Source: Macrostomum lignano
Taxonomy: Eukaryota
Reading direction: 5' to 3'
DNA length: 64,000 bases
NCBI GenBank assembly: GCA_002269645.1
Contig: NIVC01001070.1
Span: 58,492 to 122,491 of the forward strand
Below are positions 53,501 through 64,000 of this stretch, one piece after another (the first letter of the stretch is position 1; every line of letters starts with the position of its first letter). Position numbers and translations under genes: made by a program. Below the pieces are notes generated by a model, which worked only from the letters and a program-made list of their open reading frames with translations, had not been told where the DNA came from and made no database searches.

Positions 53501-55597
53501 ACGATCATTGAGCTGGTCTGACCATCCAGACTTTCCAAGCTAAAGCAGACTGGGGCTGTCATGAAGGTCTCTGTTTGGCCATTGATGACTCCGACTTTCA
53601 CCTTTTCGAGCGCTCCATGCACTCCAAGCGCTTCTGCTATCCCGATGTTGACGTAGCTCCTGGTACTGGCATCGTCGAGCAAGGCATTCACCTTCAGCTT
53701 CCGGGACCCGTTCCGTAGGACTACAGGTACCGTTCGTAGCGAGATTGCCGTTTCACCAGCCGACAGAAGCGTCACCGGTCCAGTCTTTCCTGAACTGGAA
53801 GCGGATTTAGCGTCCTTGGATGCAGTCTGCTTCGCTTCACCAGACTTGGCCAACACTTTTTCTGCATGAAGCAGGCGATGATGGAACTTTGTGCAGCTGC
53901 TGATGCCGCACCGACGACCACGCCGACATTGGCTACCAAGATGTCCTTGGCCCAAGCACCGGAAACAACACTTCGAGCTCTGCGCCGCGTCCCAGCGTTT
54001 TTCCACCGGAAGCTCCTTGAACTCACTGCAGGACCACAGCTCGTGATCACCTTGACAAACAATGCAAATCTTTCGCTGTACCTTCTTGTCACTGTCCGTA
54101 GTAACGAAAGTCTTTGGTCGCTGCTCTCGCTTTTGACGCTCCTGCTGCATGGTGGCAACGCCCTGCACAATCTCTGACGCTTCAGTCTGAAACTCTGCTT
54201 CTTGCAGCACCCAAATTCTCAAATTTCTAACACTCTCCGGCTTCCGCTGCTCAAAGATCCACCTCCGGTAGCTGGCAACCATCTGCTCAGGCAACTTTTT
54301 CTGCAGCCTCACATACAACATCCCATCTTGAAGCTCTGCCTCTTTTCCCGCCTCCTCAAGGTTGACGACAGCCACATCCAGTAGATTAGCAAAGCTTTTC
54401 AGATCCTTGGCGTTTCCATTTCGCACGATCGGGAAGCTGTCCAGCTCTTCCAAGTGCAGAGCAAGTTGCCTACGCTGTCCACCAAATTCTCTCTCTAGTC
54501 TCTCTTTTGCAGCCTCATATGCAGCAGCGGAGTGTCCTAGATGTTCTATAACCTTCAAAGCTTCACCGCCGAGGTACTGCCTAAGCTGCAGCAACTTGAA
54601 TTCTGGTGTTGCAGGGGCGCTGTCGATGCACGCAACAAAGGCTGCCTTCCAGTTTTCATACTTCTGCTTTTCTCCACTAAACGTTGGGATTTCAACACGC
54701 TTCAGTATCTTCCACAAATCCTTTGAAAGCTCCTTCGGGTTGGATCCTTTGCTGGACGCAGCACTGCCAGAAAGTTTGTCTAACTCACCAGCTGCTTCTT
54801 CTTGGTCACCCGCAGCGTTCTCACCGCTTGAACTCGCGGCAGGAGGGGCTTCTTGGGCGCGCTGCAATCCCCGGTTTCTAGAACTTTCGACGCGCTGAAT
54901 GGCAGCTTGGTAGTCGCGCTCAGTCTCCTCCATCTCTTCTAGTAGGCGTTGTCGCCTCTCGTTGTCCTTGGCGTCGGCGTAGCCTTGATGCAGTTCTTCC
55001 TGGATGGCGCTGACCAGGTCTTGCAGGTCGGATAGAGCATCGCAGGTAGCTTGCACTTCGTCATCAGAGGCGCGCGTCTTTAGCAGCCAAGACAACTTGT
55101 TTTTGCAACGAGTGAACGCTGCTTTTTTTCGGGATTTCTCGAAGCGCAGCTTCTCTAAACGCAGCGCGCCGGCATCGTCTTGGGCTTCCTGTTGTTGTTC
55201 ATTGGCGTCGTCACTGTCCATCTTGGTCCTTCGTTTCACAGTAGGATTCTATTGCTTGCCACGTCAGTGGTAATTTAGGCTTGTCCAACCACGCTCTGCT
55301 ACCAAAATGTACTATAGAAATGAAAAGACCGATGGTCCGCCAATAACTATTTTGGAGCTGAGGCTCAAGCGAGACGCTAACAAAACGAAAAGCGTAAAAC
55401 CGTACACAGGGCTAATAAGCCCTCTCGATGATATATATATTGCAGTCAGTCAGAATCAGCCAGCGTGGAGGGGGGTGGGTGAGATAGGCCTGGGCTAAAT
55501 CAGCGTACATAGAAAATTGAATAATAAACACGTACGTACATTAAATCACGCAGTGGAATTGGAAAGAAAATCAATGCTTCAATCTACCTCCCAAACA
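50540..55597 (-). mobile_element. BEL/Pao element, copy 2
   Basis: LTRs at 50540-50829 and 55308-55597, flanked by ATTAG (CTAAT TSD). Near-identical to copy 1. Confidence 0.95.
51556..55221 (-). CDS. BEL gag-pol of copy 2, with the same deletion
   Basis: Translation is identical to the copy 1 ORF in the supplied track. Confidence 0.92.
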   Translation of the reverse strand: MDSDDANEQQQEAQDDAGALRLEKLRFEKSRKKAAFTRCKNKLSWLLKTRASDDEVQATCDALSDLQDLVSAIQEELHQGYADAKDNERRQRLLEEMEETERDYQAAIQRVESSRNRGLQRAQEAPPAASSSGENAAGDQEEAAGELDKLSGSAASSKGSNPKELSKDLWKILKRVEIPTFSGEKQKYENWKAAFVACIDSAPATPEFKLLQLRQYLGGEALKVIEHLGHSAAAYEAAKERLEREFGGQRRQLALHLEELDSFPIVRNGNAKDLKSFANLLDVAVVNLEEAGKEAELQDGMLYVRLQKKLPEQMVASYRRWIFEQRKPESVRNLRIWVLQEAEFQTEASEIVQGVATMQQERQKREQRPKTFVTTDSDKKVQRKICIVCQGDHELWSCSEFKELPVEKRWDAAQSSKCCFRCLGQGHLGSQCRRGRRCGISSCTKFHHRLLHAEKVLAKSGEAKQTASKDAKSASSSGKTGPVTLLSAGETAISLRTVPVVLRNGSRKLKVNALLDDASTRSYVNIGIAEALGVHGALEKVKVGVINGQTETFMTAPVCFSLESLDGQTSSMIVAFTADHVTGSLKGVDWHEEAQQWPHLRNVPFPKLCEPAVVDLLIGADHPDLHVSLKEIVGQPLEPKARLTPLGWTCIGRTEQDNSEMQNAHFAATFFSCDSESGQVAKILRQFWEIENVSEGANRSPLTADEERAVQQAKSSLKYTKGRYQIGIPWKKDRLAPAGTFSMALKRLKNTEQRLIKDMNVCKQYQEILEKYEQQGYIRKVSQAETEGRCFLPHFPVLRPDKATTKLRIVFDASAARLNDQILQGPKLQRDLVDVLLRFRRHPIAIACDVAEMYLQIEMDPKDRPLHSFLWRDADPSKQPDVYEFNRVVFGVTSSPFLAQFVTRCHAEKLKGELPEAAETVLHSTYMDDSLDSAPTEAAACRLYDQLSELWRRAGMHARKWVSNSRAVLDRIPPEDRAAEVTLDSKELPCTKTLGVTWQSEQDEFTFKDENVLDTQKLQQRTASQQLRWHFNPPAAPHFGGVHEIMIKAAKKAIWAILKEADVTDEELLSAFAGAEALLNSRPLTYQTAHPSDDVPLTPNHFLIGQVGGKFAPEVDAAIARSPSRRWRHVQQLVSQIWRRWLREWLPGLAPRSKWRRELPDLQPGDVALLVSPDSPRGHWPLARVLEVMRGPDGHVRVAPIRVGDRTMTRPITKLCPISAG

Positions 55598-57252
55598 ATT
55601 AGCTACTTCGATAAAAGAAACAGCAACATTAGCTACTTCGATAAAAGAAACAGCAACATTAGCTACTTCGATAAAAGAAACAGCAACATTAGCTACTTCG
55701 ATAAAAGAAACAGCAACATTAGCTACTTCGATAAAAGAAACAGCAACATTAGCTACTTCGATAAAAGAAACAGCAACATTAGCTACTTGGATAAAAGAAA
55801 CAGCAACATTAGCTACTTCGATAAAAGAAACAGCAACATTAGCTACTTCGATAAAAGAAACAGCAACATTAGCTACTTCGATAAAAGAAACAGCAACATT
55901 AGCTACTTCGATAAAAGAAACAGCAACATTAGCTACTTGGATAAAAGAAACAGCAACATTAGCTACTTCGATAAAAGAAACAGCAACATTAGCCACTTCG
56001 ATAAAAGAAACAGCAACATTAGCCACTTCGATAAAAGAAACAGCAACATTAGCTACTTCGATAAAAGAAACAGCAACATTAGCTACTTCGATAAAAGAAA
56101 CAGCAACATTAGCTACTTCGATAAAAGAAACAGCAACATTAGCTACTTCGATAAAAGAAACAGCAACATTAGCTACTTCGATAAAAGAAACAGCAACATT
56201 AGCTACTTGGATAAAAGAAACAGCAACATTAGCTACTTGGATAAAAGAAACAGCAACATTAGCTACTTCGATAAAAGAAACAGCAACATTAGCTACTTCG
56301 ATAAAAGAAACAGCAACATTAGCTACTTCGATAAAAGAAACAGCAACATTAGCTACTTCGATAAAAGAAACAGCAACATTAGCTACTTCGATAAAAGAAA
56401 CAGCAACATTAGCTACTTGGATAAAAGAAACAGCAACATTAGCTACTTGGATAAAAGAAACAGCAACATTAGCTACTTCGATAAAAGAAACAGCAACATT
56501 AGCTACTTCGATAAAAGAAACAGCAACATTAGCTACTTCGATAAAAGAAACAGCAACATTAGCTACTTGGATAAAAGAAACAGCAACATTAGCTACTTCG
56601 ATAAAAGAAACAGCAACATTAGCCACTTCGATAAAAGAAACAGCAACATTAGCCACTTCGATAAAAGAAACAGCAACATTAGCTACTTCGATAAAAGAAA
56701 CAGCAACATTAGCTACTTCGATAAAAGAAACAGCAACATTAGCTACTTCGATAAAAGAAACAGCAACATTAGCTACTTCGATAAAAGAAACAGCAACATT
56801 AGCTACTTGGATAAAAGAAACAGCAACATTAGCTACTTCGATAAAAGAAACAGCAACATTAGCTACTTCGATAAAAGAAACAGCAACATTAGCTACTTGG
56901 ATAAAAGAAACAGCAACATTAGCTACTTCGATAAAAGAAACAGCAACATTAGCCACTTCGATAAAAGAAACAGCAACATTAGCTACTTGGATAAAAGAAA
57001 CAGCAACATTAGCTACTTCGATAAAAGAAACAGCAACATTAGCCACTTCGATAAAAGAAACAGCAACATTAGCTACTTGGATAAAAGAAACAGCAACATT
57101 AGCTACTTCGATAAAAGAAACAGCAACATTAGCTACTTGGATAAAAGAAACAGCAACATTAGCTACTTCGATAAAAGAAACAGCAACATTAGCTACTTCG
57201 ATAAAAGAAACAGCAACATTAGCTACTTCGATAAAAGAAACAGCAACATTAG
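55598..57252. repeat. 30-bp satellite, about 55 units, between BEL copies 2 and 3
   Basis: Variant-rich array with ATTAG at both BEL junctions. Confidence 0.96.
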
Positions 57253-60200
57253 TGTACTATAGAAATGAAGAGACCGATGGTCCGCCAATAACTATTTTGG
57301 AGCTGAGGCTCAAGCGAGACGCTAACAAAACGAAAAGCGTAAAACCGTACACAGGGCTAATAAGCCCTCTCGATGATATATATATTGCAGTCAGTCAGAA
57401 TCAGCCAGCGTGGAGGGGGGTGGGTGAGATGGGCCTGGGCTAAATCAGCGTACATAGAAAATTGAATAATAAACACGTACGTACATTAAATCACGCAGTG
57501 GAATTGGAAAGAAAATCAATGCTTCAATCTACCTCCCAAACATACCCCCACCTTGGCATGACAATGACAAAAACTATTCGAGGGATGAAACAATGAAAAC
57601 GAATACGGTATTAGGAAAATATTCGAAAACGATGCGTGATACAAAATCGAACTCAAAAAGCAAAAAAACAACGTTGCATGAAACATTGATGGCGACATTG
57701 TGAATGGTAGAAAAATAGAGCAAAAGGTGAAGATAAGTACGCAGATCGTAGATGACAATCGAAAATTTTGCAGAAGTACGTCAGCTATCATATAAAATTT
57801 CAAAATTGAACACGAACGCAGACTTCCGCCACCAAACGCAACTGAAACAAAAACTGAAACAACAATTGTAAGCATTGGGCTATCAAAAGGTCGGAACTGG
57901 CGCATAAACTATGGTACTTCTAAGCGCAGAAAATCAAGCAATATTAAGTAGAGCTCAAATAATGCAAACATCGCTCGTAAAAAACTCAAAAAACGCAAAA
58001 GACAAACTTGCCGACAAATTCACTAAACCGTAACGACTGCTGTTCAGCAAAATTCACGCAAGAAAATAAATAGCTAAATAATGAATGTTAATCGCGTTGA
58101 ACACTGAAAACGAAAATTGGGTTAAGACGGCAAAAACAGGGTGATTCCTATTAGCATGAAAGGGAAAGAAGACTTTACGAACAATGCAACAAACAGGAAA
58201 ATTGAACAACTCATCAGAAAAATTGCAAAACCTGACAAAGTCTAATTCTCTAGCAAAGGTTCGCAAACTAACCTGCAGATATTGGACACAACTTTGTTAT
58301 TGGTCTCGTCATTGTGCGATCACCGACTCTGATTGGGGCGACTCTCACGTGACCGTCAGGACCGCGCATGACCTCTAGCACGCGAGCCAGCGGCCAGTGA
58401 CCCCGAGGCGAGTCGGGGCTCACCAGCAGCGCCACGTCTCCAGGTTGTAGGTCAGGCAGCTCGCGGCGCCACTTGCTCCGCGGTGCGAGTCCCGGCAGCC
58501 ACTCGCGCAACCACCGGCGCCAGATCTGCGACACCAGCTGCTGAACGTGACGCCATCTTCTTGAAGGACTGCGGGCGATGGCAGCGTCGACCTCCGGTGC
58601 AAACTTCCCGCCGACTTGCCCGATGAGGAAGTGATTCGGCGTCAGCGGCACATCATCACTCGGATGCGCCGTCTGGTACGTCAACGGCCTTGAATTCAGA
58701 AGTGCCTCCGCTCCAGCAAACGCGCTTAGCAGCTCCTCATCCGTGACGTCCGCCTCCTTCAGAATTGCCCAGATTGCCTTCTTCGCTGCTTTGATCATGA
58801 TTTCGTGCACCCCACCGAAGTGCGGCGCAGCGGGCGGGTTGAAATGCCATCGCAACTGCTGAGAAGCCGTTCGCTGTTGAAGCTTCTGGGTATCCAAGAC
58901 GTTTTCATCTTTAAAGGTAAATTCGTCCTGCTCACTCTGCCACGTGACACCCAGTGTCTTGGTGCATGGTAGTTCTTTGCTGTCCAAGGTAACTTCGGCT
59001 GCACGGTCTTCAGGTGGGATTCTATCGAGCACAGCTCTCGAGTTCGAGACCCACTTGCGCGCGTGCATGCCGGCGCGCCTCCAGAGCTCACTGAGTTGAT
59101 CGTACAGCCTGCAGGCGGCTGCCTCGGTGGGCGCAGAGTCCAGGCTATCATCCATATAGGTAGAGTGCAGTACTGTCTCGGCCGCCTCTGGAAGCTCACC
59201 TTTTAACTTTTCAGCATGGCAGCGGGTAACGAACTGTGCCAAGAAAGGAGAGCTGGTGACGCCGAACACCACTCTGTTGAACTCGTAGACATCCGGTTGC
59301 TTTGAAGGATCGGCGTCCCGCCAAAGGAAACTGTGCAGCGGCCTATCCTTCGGGTCCATCTCGATCTGGAGATACATTTCCGCTACGTCGCATGCGATCG
59401 CAATCGGGTGTCGGCGGAACCGAAGCAGCACGTCAACCAAATCCCTCTGCAGTTTGGGGCCCTGGAGGATCTGGTCGTTCAATCTGGCAGCCGATGCATC
59501 AAAGACTATCCGCAATTTTGTTGTAGCCTTGTCTGGCCGCAGCACTGGGAAGTGCGGCAGGAAACAGCGGCCTTCAGTCTCAGCTTGCGACACTTTTCGG
59601 ATATACCCTTGCTGTTCATACTTTTCAAGGATCTCCTGATACTGCTTGCAGACGTTCATATCCTTAATCAGCCGCTGTTCGGTGTTCTTTAGTCGCTTCA
59701 AGGCCATTGAGAAAGTGCCTGCTGGAGCCAGCCGATCCTTTTTCCATGGAATCCCGATCTGGTAACGGCCCTTCGTGTACTTTAGCGACGACTTGGCTTG
59801 CTGGACGGCTCTCTCCTCATCGGCGGTCAGCGGACTTCGATTGGCACCTTCTGAGACGTTCTCGATCTCCCAAAACTGCCGCAGGATCTTAGCCACCTGA
59901 CCAGATTCGGAATCGCAGCTGAAGAAAGTGGCAGCAAAATGGGCGTTCTGCATCTCAGAATTGTCCTGCTCTGTGCGACCGATGCACGTCCAACCCAGGG
60001 GAGTCAGGCGCGCCTTTGGCTCCAGCGGCTGTCCGACGATTTCCTTGAGGGACACGTGAAGATCCGGGTGATCAGCACCAATCAGCAAGTCCACTACTGC
60101 AGGCTCACACAGCTTCGGAAACGGTACATTTCTCAGATGAGGCCACTGCTGCGCTTCTTCGTGCCAGTCGACGCCTTTGAGGGACCCGGTCACGTGATCA

Positions 60201-62306
60201 GCGGTGAAGGCGACGATCATTGAGCTGGTCTGACCATCCAGACTTTCCAAGCTAAAGCAGACTGGGGCTGTCATGAAGGTCTCTGTTTGGCCATTGATGA
60301 CTCCGACTTTCACCTTTTCGAGCGCTCCATGCACTCCAAGCGCTTCTGCTATCCCGATGTTGACGTAGCTCCTGGTACTGGCATCGTCGAGCAAGGCATT
60401 CACCTTCAGCTTCCGGGACCCGTTCCGTAGGACTACAGGTACCGTTCGTAGCGAGATTGCCGTTTCACCAGCCGACAGAAGCGTCACCGGTCCAGTCTTT
60501 CCTGAACTGGAAGCGGATTTAGCGTCCTTGGATGCAGTCTGCTTCGCTTCACCAGACTTGGCCAACACTTTTTCTGCATGAAGCAGGCGATGATGGAACT
60601 TTGTGCAGCTGCTGATGCCGCACCGACGACCACGCCGACATTGGCTACCAAGATGTCCTTGGCCCAAGCACCGGAAACAACACTTCGAGCTCTGCGCCGC
60701 GTCCCAGCGTTTTTCCACCGGAAGCTCCTTGAACTCACTGCAGGACCACAGCTCGTGATCACCTTGACAAACAATGCAAATCTTTCGCTGTACCTTCTTG
60801 TCACTGTCCGTAGTAACGAAAGTCTTTGGTCGCTGCTCTCGCTTTTGACGCTCCTGCTGCATGGTGGCAACGCCCTGCACAATCTCTGACGCTTCAGTCT
60901 GAAACTCTGCTTCTTGCAGCACCCAAATTCTCAATTTCTAACACTCTCCGGCTTCCGCTGCTCAAAGATCCACCTCCGGTAGCTGGCAACCATCTGCTCA
61001 GGCAACTTTTTCTGCAGCCTCACATACAACATCCCATCTTGAAGCTCTGCCTCTTTTCCCGCCTCCTCAAGGTTGACGACAGCCACATCCAGTAGATTAG
61101 CAAAGCTTTTCAGATCCTTGGCGTTTCCATTTCGCACGATCGGGAAGCTGTCCAGCTCTTCCAAGTGCAGAGCAAGTTGCCTACGCTGTCCACCAAATTC
61201 TCTCTCTAGTCTCTCTTTTGCAGCCTCATATGCAGCAGCGGAGTGTCCTAGATGTTCTATAACCTTCAAAGCTTCACCGCCGAGGTACTGCCTAAGCTGC
61301 AGCAACTTGAATTCTGGTGTTGCAGGGGCGCTGTCGATGCACGCAACAAAGGCTGCCTTCCAGTTTTCATACTTCTGCTTTTCTCCACTAAACGTTGGGA
61401 TTTCAACACGCTTCAGTATCTTCCACAAATCCTTTGAAAGCTCCTTCGGGTTGGATCCTTTGCTGGACGCAGCACTGCCAGAAAGTTTGTCTAACTCACC
61501 AGCTGCTTCTTCTTGGTCACCCGCAGCGTTCTCACCGCTTGAACTCGCGGCAGGAGGGGCTTCTTGGCGCGCTGCAATCCCCGGTTTCTAGAACTTTCGA
61601 CGCGCTGAATGGCAGCTTGGTAGTCGCGCTCAGTCTCCTCCATCTCTTCTAGTAGGCGTTGTCGCCTCTCGTTGTCCTTGGCGTCGGCGTAGCCTTGATG
61701 CAGTTCTTCCTGGATGGCGCTGACCAGGTCTTGCAGGTCGGATAGAGCATCGCAGGTAGCTTGCACTTCGTCATCAGAGGCGCGCGTCTTTAGCAGCCAA
61801 GACAACTTGTTTTTGCAACGAGTGAACGCTGCTTTTTTTCGGGATTTCTCGAAGCGCAGCTTCTCTAAACGCAGCGCGCCGGCATCGTCTTGGGCTTCCT
61901 GTTGTTGTTCATTGGCGTCGTCACTGTCCATCTTGGTCCTTCGTTTCACAGTAGGATTCTATTGCTTGCCACGTCAGTGGTAATTTAGGCTTGTCCAACC
62001 ACGCTCTGCTACCAAAATGTACTATAGAAATGAAAAGACCGATGGTCCGCCAATAACTATTTTGGAGCTGAGGCTCAAGCGAGACGCTAACAAAACGAAA
62101 AGCGTAAAACCGTACACAGGGCTAATAAGCCCTCTCGATGATATATATATTGCAGTCAGTCAGAATCAGCCAGCGTGGAGGGGGTGGGTGAGATAGGCCT
62201 GGGCTAAATCAGCGTACATAGAAAATTGAATAATAAACACGTACGTACATTAAATCACGCAGTGGAATTGGAAAGAAAATCAATGCTTCAATCTACCTCC
62301 CAAACA
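57253..62306 (-). mobile_element. BEL/Pao element, copy 3, with apparent frameshifts
   Basis: LTRs at 57253-57542 and 62018-62306. The ORF is split by 1-nt losses near 60933 and 61566. Confidence 0.93.
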
Positions 62307-62570
62307 ATTAGCTACTTCGATAAAAGAAACAGCAACATTAGCTACTTCGATAAAAGAAACAGCAACATTAGCCACTTCGATAAAAGAAACAGCAACATTA
62401 GCTACTTCGATAAAAGAAACAGCAACATTAGCCACTTCGATAAAAGAAACAGCAACATTAGCTACTTCGATAAAAGAAACAGCAACATTAGCCACTTCGA
62501 TAAAAGAAACAGCAACATTAGCTACTTGGATAAAAGAAACAGCAACATTAGCCACTTCGATAAAGAAACA
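62307..62570. repeat. 30-bp satellite, 9 units, mirror of 29436-29700
   Basis: Same order of variant units as the left arm. Confidence 0.96.
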
Positions 62571-63031
62571 CAATAGCCTAATTGAGAAGAGTCTTGGAGA
62601 ATTAAGAAGAAGTCGGAAACTGCGCTTGAGACCTGCGAATAATAAACGGTGAACAGTCATCTGGCCACTGGTAAGCCGCCTGCTGTTTGAGTCCTTTCTT
62701 TTCGGGAAGCTTGCTAGGCCGAATTCTTGCCAGAGCGTCATAACGCCGGGAGACCATATAGCTTCTGTAGTACGGTACCGTTTACCATATATATTGCGTA
62801 CGCCCTACGGTATAGAGAATAGAAGCACTCGAGAGTGTCACCACACCTCGAGCCGCAGCGTGAACTCTGAGTGTCACAACACCAGAGGGATCGAATTATT
62901 ATCGCAGAGCGTCGCCACGCCTGCTCGTCGTATTCATAAAAGTACAGACAGAGCGTCACAACGCCTGTTATATCACATATAATATATATTGTACTCGGGA
63001 CTGGGCACCCAAGCCGACCCGGGTTACAACA
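62571..63031 (+). repeat. Gypsy 5' LTR, PBS-proximal part (copy 2), with AATAAA at 62641
   Basis: Reverse complement of 28975-29435; ends TTACAACA. Confidence 0.92.
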
Positions 63032-63034
63032 AAT

Positions 63035-63052
63035 TGGCGCCCGAACAGGGAC
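63035..63052 (+). promoter_or_regulatory. Gypsy primer-binding site (tRNA-Lys), copy 2
   Basis: TGGCGCCCGAACAGGGAC. Confidence 0.92.
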
Positions 63053-63275
63053 CCTGTCCCCAAAGATTGAAAGTCGGCGCAGTTGCTTTCTATGAAAATT
63101 GCTGTCATATTGTGAGCGTTTTTCTTATTAAAACGACTTTTGCTTATCGCCTGCGGCTATTGCCCTACCGCAAAAGACATTGATCACGGTGACAGGCAAC
63201 TGATTGGTTATCAGAGATTGATAGCTATCACCACCTCAGAGTAAAGAGTAGCAACGGTATTCAGTGACTTCGGCC

Positions 63276-64000
63276 ATGGGTGATCAAGCTATGGACCAAC
63301 TGATCGATGCGCTGGCTGCGCGCCTCAGAGCCAACGCCGACCGAGCAGCGCCACGACTCTCGAAGCCGCCCAAGTACATACCAACGATGAATTTCAGCCT
63401 ATGGCTGCAGAGTTTCAACGAGTACTGCGAGGCTGTCGGTATAGAAGAAGAAGCCAGGCGGCCGCACCTGATCGGCCTACTCGACCTCACAACAGCCTAC
63501 GCTGCCGTTGATAAGCTGGACTTGGCAGACGACATCGAGTACGGGAATTCACGGATGCACTGCTGGCGCGGTTCACCATGAACAGAACAGCCCAGGACTA
63601 CCGTTTTGAATTATCGAATCGAGATCAGCTAGACAAGGAGTCTGTGGAGACCTACGGGGACGAGCTGCTGGAGTTGGTGCGCAATGCCTTCCCCACCGCG
63701 GATGCCGACACCAGGACAGAGCTGGCGAAAGACAGATTTCTAAAAGGCGTTCGAGTAACCGACACTGTCCGAGAAAGACTGTACCTGCAGCAGCGCCAAC
63801 CTCACCGATGCCATTCGAACAGTAAGACAACTTGAAGCAGCCAGAAGGCGTCTTCGACCCAGTCCAAAGCCAGACCCAGGGCTGGGCTGAATGCCTTTGC
63901 CACCGAAACGTCGACAGGTGACACCGGCAAAGACGAGGAGCTACGGCAACTGCGTCAAAAAAGTAAAGGAAATGGAAGAAAAGATCCGACGGATGGAGCA
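63276..64000 (+). pseudogene. Gypsy gag copy 2, frameshifted as assembled and truncated by the window edge
   Basis: Mirror of 28729 downwards, with small deletions near 63545, 63797 and 63840, some in homopolymer runs. Confidence 0.8.

Noticed and set aside
19302-62570. CRISPR-like or bacterial iteron-like array
   Set aside because: Units are contiguous with no unique spacers, there are no cas genes, and the context is eukaryotic.

Overview
Animal genomic DNA with spliceosomal GT-AG introns. The minisatellite-filled introns and repeat content suggest a flatworm such as Macrostomum, but that is inference only. 1-17.7 kb holds three host genes: a 5'-truncated DDX39/UAP56 helicase, an ankyrin-fused cGAS-like (Mab-21/cGLR) nucleotidyltransferase, and a secreted fibrinogen-domain gene. 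Relics of DIRS-like, Gypsy, LINE and Tc1 elements lie between them. 18-64 kb is one nested structure. A Gypsy LTR retrotransposon (minus strand) inserted into a 23-bp minisatellite with an AATA TSD. After its integrase it carries an extra intronless J-domain (HPD) ORF in the env position, with a splice acceptor directly before the ATG. Its LTRs contain an expandable 30-bp satellite: about 58 units in the 3' LTR and about 640 units (about 19 kb) in the whole window. An internally deleted BEL/Pao element inserted into that satellite (CTAAT TSD) and is present in three copies. The region folds back at about 40.2 kb into an inverted duplication that runs off the right edge. The most promising undescribed system is the J-domain-carrying, satellite-generating Gypsy element. 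The palindrome and several single-base frameshifts may be assembly or sequencing artefacts. All alignments and counts were done by eye.
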